From an uncultured delta proteobacterium (lineage in GTDB: Bacteria > Myxococcota_A > Polyangia > Polyangiales > Polyangiaceae), in the NCBI GenBank assembly GCA_963850305.1, contig CAWKKR010000008.1:1216001-1280000 (forward strand): 64,000 bases of DNA. The letters run 5' to 3'. This document shows, piece by piece, positions 35,310-45,132 of this stretch (position 1 is the first letter of the stretch; every line of letters starts with the position of its first letter). Made by a program: the position numbers and the translations under genes. A model generated the notes under the pieces. That model was given only the letters and a program-made list of their open reading frames with translations, did no database searches and was not told the origin of the DNA.

Positions 35310-35528
35310 ATGAACTTCAGTGCAAACTCGATCCTGGCGTCGATCCTGGTGAGCGGCATCGGGTTCGTGTTTTTCGAATACGGGCGCCGGACGTCGCGCC
35401 CGCCGCAACTCGTCGGGGGGCTCGCGCTGATGGTGTTCCCGTACTTCGTCTCGAACCTCATGGCGATGTGTGCCGTGGCCTCTGCCCTGATCGCCGCAGT
35501 GTGGTTCTTCGTGAAGTTCGGTTGGTGA
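35310..35528 (+). CDS. Small conserved membrane protein
   Basis: 72 aa with GIGFVFFEYGRR...GLALMVFPYFV pattern and 2-3 TM helices. Confidence 0.75.
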   Translation: MNFSANSILASILVSGIGFVFFEYGRRTSRPPQLVGGLALMVFPYFVSNLMAMCAVASALIAAVWFFVKFGW

Positions 35529-35615
35529 GCGCCGTTCTGGAGGCCGGGGGGCGGAGATCAGCCTGGTGTTTCCGGTCTGCATTCGCGAGCGAGTCGGGAG
35601 GCGGCCAGGGCCCCG

Positions 35616-36935
35616 TCAGCGCTCTCTCATCGGACGTCCGACGCCCCGGTACGCGAGGCCCGCTTCCGTGATCTCTTCGGGGACCATCGTGTTCCGTCCG
35701 TCGAAGACGTGGCGGCCACGCATGAGGTGCTTCACTCGCTGCGCGTCCGGGGCGCGAAATTCGCTCCACTCCGTCGCGACGACGAGAGCGTCGGCGCCTT
35801 CGCACGCGACGTAAGGGTCATGGAACAGCTCGACGTGAGCCGAGATGACGGCCTGCTGGAGCCGCGCCTGCGTCGTTTCGAGCGCTTGCGGGTCCGTCGC
35901 TCGCACACGAGCACCCTTCGCGACGATCTTCTCGATGAACTTCAGTGCCGGGGCTTCGCGCACGTCGTCCGTGCGCGGTTTGAACGAAAGGCCCCACACC
36001 GCGATGGTCTTGTTCGCGAGCCCACCCAGCGCCTCTTCGACGTGACGCACGAGATCCAGGACCGGTGTCTCGTTGGCGACCACGGCGGCGCGCGCCATCT
36101 CCAGCTTGAGTCCCAGCTCCTCCCCCGTGCGGACGAGGGCCCGGAGATCCTTGGGGAAGCAGCTGCCACCGAAGCCGATGCCCGGATAGAGGAAATGGTA
36201 ACCGATGCGGTGATCGGCGCCGAGCGCGACGCGGACGTCTTCGACGTCGCCGTTCGCGGCGTCGCAGAGCCGAGCCATTTCGTTCATGAACGAGATGCGC
36301 GTCGCGAGGAGCGCGTTCGCGGCGTACTTCACGATCTCGGCGCTCTTCGGGCTCATGCGGATGAGCCGGTTTCGCTGACGGTTGAACGGCGCGTACAGAC
36401 GAGAAAGAAGCTCGAACGCATGGTCGTCCTCGGTGCCGATGACGATGCGGTCCGGCTTCAGAAAGTCTCCGAGCGCGTCGCCTTCCTTGAGAAACTCGGG
36501 GTTGCTGACGACGACGATCCGTTCCTTGCTCTCGCGGACGATCGCCGTCACTTTCTCGTTCGTGCCGACGGGCACCGTGCTCTTCAGGACGAGGATGACG
36601 TCGCCCGTGGCGAGGCGCGCCACGTCGCGCGCCACGCCGAGGACGTGCGACAGATCCGCCGAGCCGTCCTCGCTGGGCGGCGTACCGACGGCGACGAACA
36701 CGATCGTCCGCCCCTTCATGGCGGCGGCGAGATCCGACGTGAAGTGCAGCCGCGCCGGGCAGTTTCTCTTCACCAGATCCTCGAGGCCCGGTTCGAAGAA
36801 GGGGACGTGACCCGCCTCGAGACGCGCGAGCTTCTCCTGGTCCACATCGACGCACACGACGTCGCTCCCCGCATCCGCGAAGCATGCTCCCGCGACAAGA
36901 CCGACGTAGCCGGTTCCGACGACTGCAATCCTCAT
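35616..36935 (-). CDS. ugd: UDP-glucose/GDP-mannose dehydrogenase
   Basis: GTGYVGL, KSTVPVGT, NPEFLKEG, KYAAN, GFGGSCFPKD and WGLSFKPRTDD. Confidence 0.92.
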   Translation of the reverse strand: MRIAVVGTGYVGLVAGACFADAGSDVVCVDVDQEKLARLEAGHVPFFEPGLEDLVKRNCPARLHFTSDLAAAMKGRTIVFVAVGTPPSEDGSADLSHVLGVARDVARLATGDVILVLKSTVPVGTNEKVTAIVRESKERIVVVSNPEFLKEGDALGDFLKPDRIVIGTEDDHAFELLSRLYAPFNRQRNRLIRMSPKSAEIVKYAANALLATRISFMNEMARLCDAANGDVEDVRVALGADHRIGYHFLYPGIGFGGSCFPKDLRALVRTGEELGLKLEMARAAVVANETPVLDLVRHVEEALGGLANKTIAVWGLSFKPRTDDVREAPALKFIEKIVAKGARVRATDPQALETTQARLQQAVISAHVELFHDPYVACEGADALVVATEWSEFRAPDAQRVKHLMRGRHVFDGRNTMVPEEITEAGLAYRGVGRPMRER

Positions 36936-36941
36936 CCGACT

Positions 36942-37478
36942 CTATGTATCCTTGTCTTCTTCGAGCTGATCGAGAATGAGCGACGCCCGTTCTTCCGATA
37001 TTCCGAAGTAGGTCGCCAGCTCTTCAACCAGATCCTGCTCTTCGTCCGCGACCTCGTCGTCCGCGAGCGCCACGGCGGCCGCGAGTGCGAACGCGCCCTC
37101 CGCGTCACTCGGGTGGCCCGATAGTCGCGAACCGACGCGACGCAGGCGCGCGTCGCGTCCCTCGGCGGCGAGCAGCCGCTCGTACTCCTCGAACATGACC
37201 TGGATCGTGCCGTCGTGGAGCAAGTTGCCCGTCAGGCCGCGGACGGCGCCCCGCATGGCATCCCGCTCCGCGTCGGTGATCTTTCCGTCCGCCGCGATCA
37301 TCAGGAAGAGCGTCTCGGCCATCGGGTCGATCCGATGGAGCGCGTCGCTCTCCTCCTCCGACAAGAGACCCGCTCGCGCGAGGGTCTCGTAGGCCGGCGA
37401 GAGGACGCCACTTTCGCGCCGGCCGCTCTGGAGCAGGGCGTCGCGCAGCCGCCGGATAGTGGCGGTCTCGATTTTCAT
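36942..37478 (-). CDS. TerB-like helical protein
   Basis: LMIAADGKITDAE and AVALADDEVADEE repeats. Confidence 0.75.
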   Translation of the reverse strand: MKIETATIRRLRDALLQSGRRESGVLSPAYETLARAGLLSEEESDALHRIDPMAETLFLMIAADGKITDAERDAMRGAVRGLTGNLLHDGTIQVMFEEYERLLAAEGRDARLRRVGSRLSGHPSDAEGAFALAAAVALADDEVADEEQDLVEELATYFGISEERASLILDQLEEDKDT

Positions 37479-37549
37479 GGGAAAACGCTACACGGCCTTG
37501 CCGCTACGATCCAGCGTCCGCTAAACGTTCGCCTTTTGTCGCGCAGCCG

Positions 37550-38449
37550 TCAGACGTCGATGTGGATCTCGCCCTGGCCGATGGCGATGCACTGGCCGCC
37601 GACGCGCAGCGAGACGATCTGGTCGAGATTCCGCTCGATCGTGACGTGAATGAAACTCGGGCGACCGATCTCGATCCCTTGCTCGCACACGAACTCCACT
37701 CGGGGATCGGGGCCGAGGAGGCCCCAGCGCGCGAAGTAAGCCACGAGCGGTCCTGCGGCGGTGGCCGTCGCGGGATCCTCGTGAAGGCCGAGCCCCGGTG
37801 CAAACATGCGACAATGGGCCGAGGACCCTTCGCTCCTGCACTGAAGAGTGAACGCAAGCACGTGCGGGTGCGGCGATCTGGCGAGCACGCGCTCCCAGAT
37901 ATCCTGACGAAATCGGATGCTCTCCATCGCGGCGAGGTTGGCGACGGGAACGAGCAAGTACGGCACGGTGCAAGAGACGCTCTGAACGGGCATCCCCGAC
38001 GGGAGCGCGGAAGGGTCGAGCCCGAGCATCGCCGCCAGTGCGTCACGCTCGCCAAAGATGGGTCCGAAAGACGGAAGCGGCTGCTGCATCGAGAACATCG
38101 GCGTTTCCATCGTGACCGAGACGGGGCCTGTCTGGTCTTCGAACACGACGCGCTGTCTCGTCGCCTCGCGGCGCAACCGCTCTTCGAGCGCAAGTGCGTA
38201 GGCTGTCCCGATGGTCGGCAAGCCGCCGGACGGCAGTTCGGCGAGCGGCGTGAAGACGCGAACCCAGTAGTGATGCGGACTCGCGCGCGGTGGCAACACG
38301 AACGTCGTCTCGGATAGATTCAACTCGCGCGCGATGCTCTGCATCATCGTGTCGCTCAAGCCCCGCGCGTCCGTGAACACGGCGAGCGGATTGCCGCCGA
38401 AGGCCGTACGGGTGAAGACGTCGAGAAGTCGATACGTGAACGCTTGCAT
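37550..38449 (-). CDS. PhzF family epimerase/isomerase
   Basis: DVFT..AFGGNPLAVF, MQSIARELNLSETTFV, RVFTP, RMFAP and EDPAT. Confidence 0.9.
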   Translation of the reverse strand: MQAFTYRLLDVFTRTAFGGNPLAVFTDARGLSDTMMQSIARELNLSETTFVLPPRASPHHYWVRVFTPLAELPSGGLPTIGTAYALALEERLRREATRQRVVFEDQTGPVSVTMETPMFSMQQPLPSFGPIFGERDALAAMLGLDPSALPSGMPVQSVSCTVPYLLVPVANLAAMESIRFRQDIWERVLARSPHPHVLAFTLQCRSEGSSAHCRMFAPGLGLHEDPATATAAGPLVAYFARWGLLGPDPRVEFVCEQGIEIGRPSFIHVTIERNLDQIVSLRVGGQCIAIGQGEIHIDV

Positions 38450-38621
38450 GGATTCCGGGGGGGTATTCGTGCGCCCGTTTCCACTCGAATGCCACCGGGC
38501 CCGCGTCGCGTCCATCGTGCACGTTGCGGCCCGCGAGACAGCTTGCTTGCGCCCCGGGGCCTGCCGATCCAAAAACCCGGTACCCGGCGTCGCTGGAAGG
38601 CGTCGGCGCGGCCCAGAATCC

Positions 38622-39572
38622 GTGAAGACAGTTTTCATCGACGGCCAGGAGGGCACGACCGGGCTCGGCATCCAGGAACGCCTGGCGGCGCGGGGCGACC
38701 TGACGCTTCTCGAGATTTCGCGTGAGAACCGCAAGGATCCCGCGACCAAGCGGACGGTGATGGCCGAGGCGGACGTCGTCATTCTGTGCTTGCCGGACGC
38801 TGCCGCCCTCGAGATGGCGTCGCTCGCGGAAGGTCTGGGGACCCGCATCATCGACGCCAGCACGGCACACCGCACGGCGCCGGGCTGGACCTACGGCCTG
38901 CCCGAGCTCACGCCCGATCAGCGCCAAGAAATCCAGACCGCCCGGTTCGTCGCGAACCCCGGCTGCTACCCGACCGGGTTTTTGCTGGCCGCGCGACCCC
39001 TCGTCGACGCGGGCGTCCTCGCCCCGGACTATCCGGTCACCGTCCACGCGCAGAGCGGGTTCAGCGGCGGCGGAAAGAAGCTCATTCAAGCCTTCGCCGA
39101 GCACGACCACGGAGGAGCGAGTCCCGATTGGGCGGTGCGGCCCTACGCGCTCACGTTCGCGCACAAGCACGTGCCGGAGATGCAAACCTTCGCGAAGCTC
39201 TCGCGCCGGCCGATCTTCTGCCCGGAGGTCGGCAACTATTACCAGGGCATGCTCGTCTCGGTGCCGCTCCACGGGGATCTTCTCTCGCGCCGCGTTCGAC
39301 CTGTGGACGTACGCGCGATTCTCACCGAGCGGTACTCGCGCGAGAAATTCGTCCGCGTCGTCCCCGAGGGCGCCGGCGAAGGTCTCCATGACGGCTACCT
39401 CTCGCCGACCGCGTGCAACGGAACGAACGTCGTCGAGCTCTTCGTCTTCGGCAACGACGAACAGATCTTGGTTGTCGCTCGCCTCGACAATCTCGGCAAG
39501 GGCGCGTCGGGGGCGGCCGTTCAGAACCTCAATCTGATGCTCGGGCTCGATGAGTCGAGCGGATTGGATTGA
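38622..39572 (+). CDS. argC: N-acetyl-gamma-glutamyl-phosphate reductase, type 2
   Basis: VFIDGQEGTTGL, IDASTAHR, VANPGCYPTG, HKHVPEM and DNLGKGASGAAVQN. Confidence 0.95.
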   Translation: MKTVFIDGQEGTTGLGIQERLAARGDLTLLEISRENRKDPATKRTVMAEADVVILCLPDAAALEMASLAEGLGTRIIDASTAHRTAPGWTYGLPELTPDQRQEIQTARFVANPGCYPTGFLLAARPLVDAGVLAPDYPVTVHAQSGFSGGGKKLIQAFAEHDHGGASPDWAVRPYALTFAHKHVPEMQTFAKLSRRPIFCPEVGNYYQGMLVSVPLHGDLLSRRVRPVDVRAILTERYSREKFVRVVPEGAGEGLHDGYLSPTACNGTNVVELFVFGNDEQILVVARLDNLGKGASGAAVQNLNLMLGLDESSGLD

Positions 39573-39577
39573 GCGGC

Positions 39578-39770
39578 TCACGTCGAACAGCGCTTCGGCT
39601 GCGACGTGGAGCGCACGCTCGAGAGCCAGGATGAGCAGGGCATCACGAGCGCGCTCGACCGCCGGCAGCGCCTGCAACCGTCGCAACTGCTCGAGCACCC
39701 CCCCGAAAGCGCTCGCGAGAAGGGCACGAACCGAGTCTTCGGGGGACGCTCCGCCGCAGGGTAGCACCAT
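39578..39770 (-). pseudogene. Truncated DUF86/HepT-like ribonuclease fragment
   Basis: LALERALHVAAEALFDV resembles the DUF86 N-terminal helix. The frame runs into antisense argC with no RX4H motif and no own stop. Confidence 0.45.
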
Positions 39771-39780
39771 CCGAAGAAAC

Positions 39781-42700
39781 CTACGGCAAGTCCACGGTTT
39801 TCCCCGCGATGAACACGGCCGTCGCGTTTGGCACGGTCGCGCGACGCGACAGCGCCGCCACGACGTCGTCCACGTAGGGACGTTCGCGCGCGCCGACCAG
39901 CACACTGGTCACCCCCGGTGTACTCACGGCCGCCAGGAGCGCTTTCTGCGACAGTGACGCCGCCCGCAGCGCGTCCGGCAGCGTAGGGTCAATCGCGCGC
40001 GCGATGGCGAGGCTACGCCGTCGCGAGCGGTCGGCGCCGCGCTTCCGGAGCGACGCGAAGAGCCCGTCGAGCTCCGCGAGGTAACGCTCCTGAAACGCCG
40101 TCCAGCGTTCCCGGAGCGGACCGGGGACGATCCGGTCGAGGCCGGCGATCGTCTGCATCACGCGGGGCGCGACGGCCCTCGATTCCATGTCGCGCCACTG
40201 CTCGAGGCCTTCGAGGTTCGCCGCGACGTTCCCGAGCTGCGCCGCCCATTGCAGGAGACTCGCGGCGCGCAGGTTGCTCTCGGGCGGCAGCTGAATCGAC
40301 GGTGCGAGCGTCGCGACGAACTCGGCCTCGAGCTTCTTCACCTTCTCGAGCTGCTCGGCGAACGACGGCGCATCCTCGTAGCTCGGCGGATCGGCGAGGC
40401 GGACGAGCTTGCCGTCGACGATGGCGTTCAGCGGACGATTCACGAGCACGGCGACGCCCATCCGACGCGCGTGTTCGAGCGGCGTGAGTCCTTCGCCCGT
40501 GTTTCGTTCCAGCGCGGCGCCACCTTCGAGGAGATTCATCGGTAGCTGAAGGACGCGGAAGTGATGCGCGTCACCGCCGGCGTCGCGCGCCGCGACCAGC
40601 AGGCGCTCGAGGCTCGTCGCCTCGGGGTCTCCGGCGGGTTCCACCGCTGCGTTGCTCGACACCCCGTAAAACCGGAGCCGTCCGCGCGCGACTTCCTTCT
40701 CGAAGTGCCGGAACGCCTCCGTGATGCGCCGGTAGTATTCGCCGCGCGCTTCGGCGAGTGGCACGCGTCGCTTCGCGGCATCGCCGAGGAAGTATTCGGG
40801 GTTGTGGAGGAGACAGACGTCGAGCGTTTCGAGCCCGAGTCGTCCCAGGGAGTCGCCGAGCTGCGCCTCGAGCCATTCGGGGTGAACGCAGTGCCAGAGC
40901 CCTTCGCCGTACTTCACCATTTCCGGGAATGGCTCCTCTGCTTGCTCGCGCGCTTCTGCTCGTTCGAGATTCTCACCTTGCGCGTAACCGATCTTCGAGA
41001 CGATGACGACGGCCGCGCGTGGGACCGCGCCGGAACAATCGAGCTCCGCCATCACTTCGCCGATGAGCGACTCGGCGTGGCCATCGCCGTAGTTGGTGGA
41101 CGTGTCTATCAAATTGATGCCGGACACGAGCGCGTGGGCGAGCGCTTCCCGGTGCTCTTCCACGCGATCGTCGACGCGGTACGTGCCGAAGCCGGCTCGG
41201 CTCACGACGAGCCCGGTCGTCCCGAGCTCGGTGTAGCTCTCGCCGCCGAGCGTCGGTTCGAACCGCGCCGCGTACGCGCGCGTCGCGCCGGATGTCGCGG
41301 AGCCCGGGAGCGCCGACGCCCCGACGGCGCGCCGTCGCTCCGCGGCGAGGGTGTTCGCGGCGTCCCCGAGGGCGCGCGCCACGTCCTCGGCGCGCGTCAC
41401 GGGAGCCTGGCACGCGAAGTCCCGGCACACGTAGAGCGCGGGTTTGCCGTCGATCGAAGTCTTTCCGGCGAGCAGCGCGAGCTCGCTCTTCGAACTGTCC
41501 GCGGCGTGCGCGACCACGCGATTGGGCAGATAGTGTCGCGCAACCTCCGCGGCGAGCGCGTCGAGGTCCGGGCTCGGCTCGCCGATGAACGCAAGCTCCA
41601 CCGGACCCTCGAGCAAGAAATCCACGACGCCGAGGGTCGTCGCGAAGGCCCGCGGCGCTCGCTCGATGTGCCGCGCATAGGCGCGCACCGCCGCGAGCGA
41701 CTGCTCACGAAAATCCTCGCGCCCCAGAATAAAGGCGAGCCGGGCGAGCGCGCGTGCAGAAATGGCGTTCGCGTTCGGGATGGCGCCGTCGTGACCGTCG
41801 CGCGACCGGGCGATGAGGGTTTCGTGTCCCTTCGCGGTCTGAAACAAGCCGCCGCCCTCCGCGTCCGCGAAGTCCGCGATCATGCGCTCGGCGAGACGCG
41901 CGGCGTCGGTGAGAAAAGACTCCGCCCCGAAGGCCTCGTACAGATCGAGGAGCCCGTCCGCGACGAACGCGTAGTCTTCGAGATACGCATCGAGGTGTGC
42001 CTTGCCGGCGCGCGCGGTGCGATATAAGCCGCCGTCGGGACGCGCGAGCTCGCCGAGGACGAATCGCGCGGCGCGCTCGGCCGACGCGAGGTAGCGGGGT
42101 TCGCGGAGCACGCGCGCGCCTTCCGCCATTGCACCGATCATGAGTCCATTCCACGCCGCGAGAACCTTGTCGTCGGTGAGCGGCGGCACGCGACGCAAGC
42201 GCGCCGCGTAAAGCTCCGCGCGCGACGACGCGAGTGAGCGACGGAGCTCGTCTATCGCCACGCCGAGATCCGCCGCGACGCTCTCCATCGAGCGCGGTGT
42301 GTTGAGGATGTTCGTCTCTTCCCAGTTCCCCTCGGGAGAAACGTCGTAGTAGGTGCAAAACCATTCCGCGGCGGGGCGCCCGACGACTTCCTCGATCTGA
42401 TCCGGCGTCCAGATGAAGAATTTCCCTTCCACACCCTCGCTGTCCGCGTCGGTGGCCGAGAAATAGCCGCCCTCTGGGTTCTGCATCTCGCGCGCGACGT
42501 AGTCGAGCGTCTCGGTCGCGACCCGGCGATATTCTGCATCGCCCGTGACCTGATACGCCTCGAGATAGACGCGCGCGAGCTGCGCATTGTCGTAGAGCAT
42601 CTTCTCGAAGTGCGGGACGAGCCACTTCGCGTCGACGGAATAGCGCGCGAAGCCGCCGCCGAGGTGATCGTAGATGCCACCGTTCTTCATCCGGTCGAGG

Positions 42701-43413
42701 GTGGTCGTGACGACCTGGAGCAGCGTCGGCTCGGGCACTCGCCGGTAGAGACGCAAGAGGAGCGACAGCGACGCGCACGGCGGAAATTTCGGTGCCTCGC
42801 CGAAGCCCCCATATTCCGGATCGAACGCGCTCACGAGCTGCGACGCGGCCGCTTCGATCGCCTCTTCACCGACAGTGCCCGCGGCCGTCGCTTCCGATTG
42901 TCCGCGCACGTGGCCAGCGAGCTCCGACGCTTGCGCGACGAGCTCCGCGCGCTTCGTCTCCCAGAGCTCCGCGATGCGCGCGAGCAACGACTTGAAGCCC
43001 GGGCGACCCTGATGATCGTCCGGCGGGAAATACGTGCCGGCGTAAAACGGTTCCTGCTCCGGCGTGAGAAAGACGGTCATGGGCCAGCCGCCGTGACCCG
43101 TCATGGCCACCGTTGCGGCCATGTAGACGTCGTCGAGATCCGGTCGTTCTTCGCGGTCGACCTTGATGCACACGAAATGCGCGTTCATCACGTCCGCGAC
43201 GGCCGCGTTCTCGAACGACTCGCGCTCCATCACGTGGCACCAGTGACAAGCCGCGTAGCCGATGCTGAGCAGGATCGGCTTGTTCTCCCGCCGCGCGCGC
43301 TCGAGCGCTTCGGGCCCCCACGGATACCAATCGACCGGATTCTTCGCGTGCTGGAGGAGATACGGGCTCGTCTCGTGAGCCAGGCGATTTGCACGGTGCG
43401 ACGGGTCCGTCAT
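39781..43413 (-). CDS. Fusion of YyaL/SSP411 (DUF255 thioredoxin plus alpha-barrel) and aldo/keto reductase
   Basis: [38 protein letters not shown] and DDKVL; then [20 protein letters not shown] and LLHNPE in a single frame. Confidence 0.9.
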   Translation of the reverse strand: MTDPSHRANRLAHETSPYLLQHAKNPVDWYPWGPEALERARRENKPILLSIGYAACHWCHVMERESFENAAVADVMNAHFVCIKVDREERPDLDDVYMAATVAMTGHGGWPMTVFLTPEQEPFYAGTYFPPDDHQGRPGFKSLLARIAELWETKRAELVAQASELAGHVRGQSEATAAGTVGEEAIEAAASQLVSAFDPEYGGFGEAPKFPPCASLSLLLRLYRRVPEPTLLQVVTTTLDRMKNGGIYDHLGGGFARYSVDAKWLVPHFEKMLYDNAQLARVYLEAYQVTGDAEYRRVATETLDYVAREMQNPEGGYFSATDADSEGVEGKFFIWTPDQIEEVVGRPAAEWFCTYYDVSPEGNWEETNILNTPRSMESVAADLGVAIDELRRSLASSRAELYAARLRRVPPLTDDKVLAAWNGLMIGAMAEGARVLREPRYLASAERAARFVLGELARPDGGLYRTARAGKAHLDAYLEDYAFVADGLLDLYEAFGAESFLTDAARLAERMIADFADAEGGGLFQTAKGHETLIARSRDGHDGAIPNANAISARALARLAFILGREDFREQSLAAVRAYARHIERAPRAFATTLGVVDFLLEGPVELAFIGEPSPDLDALAAEVARHYLPNRVVAHAADSSKSELALLAGKTSIDGKPALYVCRDFACQAPVTRAEDVARALGDAANTLAAERRRAVGASALPGSATSGATRAYAARFEPTLGGESYTELGTTGLVVSRAGFGTYRVDDRVEEHREALAHALVSGINLIDTSTNYGDGHAESLIGEVMAELDCSGAVPRAAVVIVSKIGYAQGENLERAEAREQAEEPFPEMVKYGEGLWHCVHPEWLEAQLGDSLGRLGLETLDVCLLHNPEYFLGDAAKRRVPLAEARGEYYRRITEAFRHFEKEVARGRLRFYGVSSNAAVEPAGDPEATSLERLLVAARDAGGDAHHFRVLQLPMNLLEGGAALERNTGEGLTPLEHARRMGVAVLVNRPLNAIVDGKLVRLADPPSYEDAPSFAEQLEKVKKLEAEFVATLAPSIQLPPESNLRAASLLQWAAQLGNVAANLEGLEQWRDMESRAVAPRVMQTIAGLDRIVPGPLRERWTAFQERYLAELDGLFASLRKRGADRSRRRSLAIARAIDPTLPDALRAASLSQKALLAAVSTPGVTSVLVGARERPYVDDVVAALSRRATVPNATAVFIAGKTVDLP

Positions 43414-43439
43414 GCGCCGAGCCGTACGGCGGGGGCAGG

Positions 43440-43672
43440 GTTGCGGCAAGCGGACCCCGCGCGGTTTCGCGGACTGGTCTGAAAAGCATGCAACTCGTCG
43501 GTTCCAACGGCCCCGTGGATCGAAGGACTCGTCCGGCCCATCATCTTCACGAAACCGTGCTCCAGCGCTGGAGTGCTTCCGCGCCGAAGCGACGAAGATT
43601 TCACGGAAACCGTCGACCGCCGGACCCCGGAACTTGGGCGTCAAAGTGGACGGCGCCTCGCGGCACAAGTAG
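43440..43672 (+). pseudogene. intI: Integron integrase remnant (heavily eroded, catalytic region deleted)
   Basis: [10 protein letters not shown] at 43539-43568, preceded in a neighbouring frame by [21 protein letters not shown] and followed by ATKI/TETVDR/LGVK, resembling the IntI C-terminus. Confidence 0.65.
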
Positions 43673-43683
43673 GAGTTAGCCAG
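43660..43683 (+). other. attI-like recombination site (core GTTAGCC at 43675-43681)
   Basis: First core site of the array, with no attC hairpin upstream. GTTAGCCAG is the exact reverse complement of CTGGCTAAC at 44291-44299. Confidence 0.6.
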
Positions 43684-43686
43684 TCC

Positions 43687-44025
43687 TCAGTCCGCGATAA
43701 GCTCGTTGAGGCCGTCGACCACCTTCGCCACTTCGTCGTCCGGAGCGCGAGCAATACGCTTCCCGATCCGATCGGTCGAGAGTGTCCTTACCTGACTGAT
43801 CTTGAACCACGACCTCTTCGCGAGACCGGGCGCGTGCGACTCTAGCGTGAGGGGAAAACCCGCGCGCGGTTCCTGGCTTGTCATCGCGATGGCGATGACC
43901 GTCCCCGAGCGTTCGTTGAAGACATTCTGGCTGATGACCAGTACCGGCCGATGACCTGCTTGCTCGCGGCCTCTCACCGGATTCAAGTCTGCCCAGCGAA
44001 CATCACCCCTCAGTATTCGGGCCAT
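43687..44025 (-). CDS. Type II toxin, PemK/MazF family (cassette 1)
   Basis: RGDVRWADLNPVRGREQAGHRPVLVIS and SQVRTLS..RI. Confidence 0.92.
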   Translation of the reverse strand: MARILRGDVRWADLNPVRGREQAGHRPVLVISQNVFNERSGTVIAIAMTSQEPRAGFPLTLESHAPGLAKRSWFKISQVRTLSTDRIGKRIARAPDDEVAKVVDGLNELIAD

Positions 44026-44252
44026 GACTCGTGATCCACCGCGAGCCCCTCGTCAGCGAGGGCACGTTCTTCCTTCGGATTCAGCTTCGCGCATTCTCGA
44101 GCCAGACGACCACGCTCGAGCCGATCGAGCTTCTCGGCAAGCGCGATCTCGATCGCTTGGCTGCGATTAGGGAACCGATCAGCCTTCACCAGCCGATCGA
44201 CGCGGTCGATGAGCCCGCTGTCGAGCGTGACTGCGACTTTCCCCTTTGCCAT
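44010..44252 (-). CDS. Ribbon-helix-helix (CopG-like) antitoxin (cassette 1)
   Basis: KVAVTLD..LIDRVD....FPNRSQAIE; overlaps the toxin start. Confidence 0.88.
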   Translation of the reverse strand: MAKGKVAVTLDSGLIDRVDRLVKADRFPNRSQAIEIALAEKLDRLERGRLARECAKLNPKEERALADEGLAVDHESWPEY

Positions 44253-44287
44253 GGTAGGATAATATATCATACCAGCGTGCCGCGCAA
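44253..44287 (-). promoter_or_regulatory. Sigma70 promoter and operator of the RHH-PemK module
   Basis: TTGCGC-N17-TATTAT-N6-ATG, with an imperfect inverted repeat GGTATGATA/TATCCTACC overlapping the -10 box. Confidence 0.7.
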
Positions 44288-44292
44288 CGGCT

Positions 44293-44452
44293 GGCTAACT
44301 ATAACTAGGCGTTGAACCTGACGGGCGCTCCTCCCGACCTGCAGGCCCTCGCGGGGGTTCCTCTTCGGGTCCCCCGCTCGCGATGCCGCGTGTTGATCGT
44401 CGTCTTCCCAGTCGCGTTTGCGCCCGCAGGTTATAGCGCCGGTACGTTAGCC
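44293..44452 (+). repeat. attC site 1
   Basis: GGCTAAC...GGCGTTGAACCTGACGGGCGC...GCGCCCGCAGGTTATAGCGCC..GTTAGCC imperfect palindrome with extrahelical bases. Confidence 0.85.
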
Positions 44453-44779
44453 GGACGCCGCCTTCCTCCGATGAGTAAGCGCGGATGCGATCTCCCGACG
44501 GGACGCGCCTGCCGCGAGTAGGCCTTGCATCAGAAGATCGAGCGACACGCCGGGATCGCCTGCCTCCATTTTCGCGACACGCGATTGGCTTGACCCCATC
44601 CGTTCGGCCAAATCCGTTTGGCTCAACCGTCGACGCTCTCTCGTCTTTCTCAGGCGTGAGCTCAGTGCGAGTTTCATTTCCACGAGCTCCGCCTCGACGG
44701 AGGACAGCTCGAGAAACTCCGCCGCGGTTCCGATCTTCCAACCTGACGCTTCCAACCGCTTCCGTTTTGCTTTCTCCAT
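44447..44779 (-). CDS. XRE-family HTH antitoxin, HigA-like (cassette 2)
   Basis: LEASGWKIGTAAEFL...LSQTDLAERMGSSQSRVAKMEAG. The stop TAA lies within the cassette core site; TGATG coupling to the toxin. Confidence 0.9.
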   Translation of the reverse strand: MEKAKRKRLEASGWKIGTAAEFLELSSVEAELVEMKLALSSRLRKTRERRRLSQTDLAERMGSSQSRVAKMEAGDPGVSLDLLMQGLLAAGASRREIASALTHRRKAASG

Positions 44780-45126
44780 CACCGTCCTCCATGCGAACTG
44801 TCGTCGTAACGACGTAGCCGCTTGCGACTGCTCTCGATCACCGACTTCGGCGTGGTCTGCGTGGTCTTCGCGAAGACTTCTGCGATGACGATCGCGTCCG
44901 CGTCGATTCGGTAGATGATTCGCCACGTCCTGTCTTTGTCTTGGAGCCTCAGCTCGTGACAATGAGCGCCGATTGTCGGCATCGGTCGAGAATGCGGCAT
45001 CGCGAGAACGTGGCCTGCCTGCAACTTCCTCAATAGAAACCCCGCTTCGATGCGAGCCTCTGCCGAGAACGGAGGCGTTTTCACTTCTCCGCTGAGCCAG
45101 ACCAGCGGTTTGTCCCGCGGCGACAT
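44779..45126 (-). CDS. RelE/ParE-superfamily (HigB/Gp49-like) toxin (cassette 2)
   Basis: KPLVWL.GEVKTPPFS, PHSRPMP.IG..CHELR and WRIIYR; toxin-first gene order. Confidence 0.9.
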   Translation of the reverse strand: MSPRDKPLVWLSGEVKTPPFSAEARIEAGFLLRKLQAGHVLAMPHSRPMPTIGAHCHELRLQDKDRTWRIIYRIDADAIVIAEVFAKTTQTTPKSVIESSRKRLRRYDDSSHGGR

Positions 45127-45132
45127 CGGGCG

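Noticed and set aside
36942..38449. Phenazine biosynthesis or tellurite resistance cluster
   Set aside because: Only lone PhzF-family and TerB-like genes; no other phz or ter genes.
43414..43668. N-terminal extension of the YyaL ORF (1295 aa)
   Set aside because: Homology begins at [11 protein letters not shown] (43413). The extension is antisense to the intI remnant.
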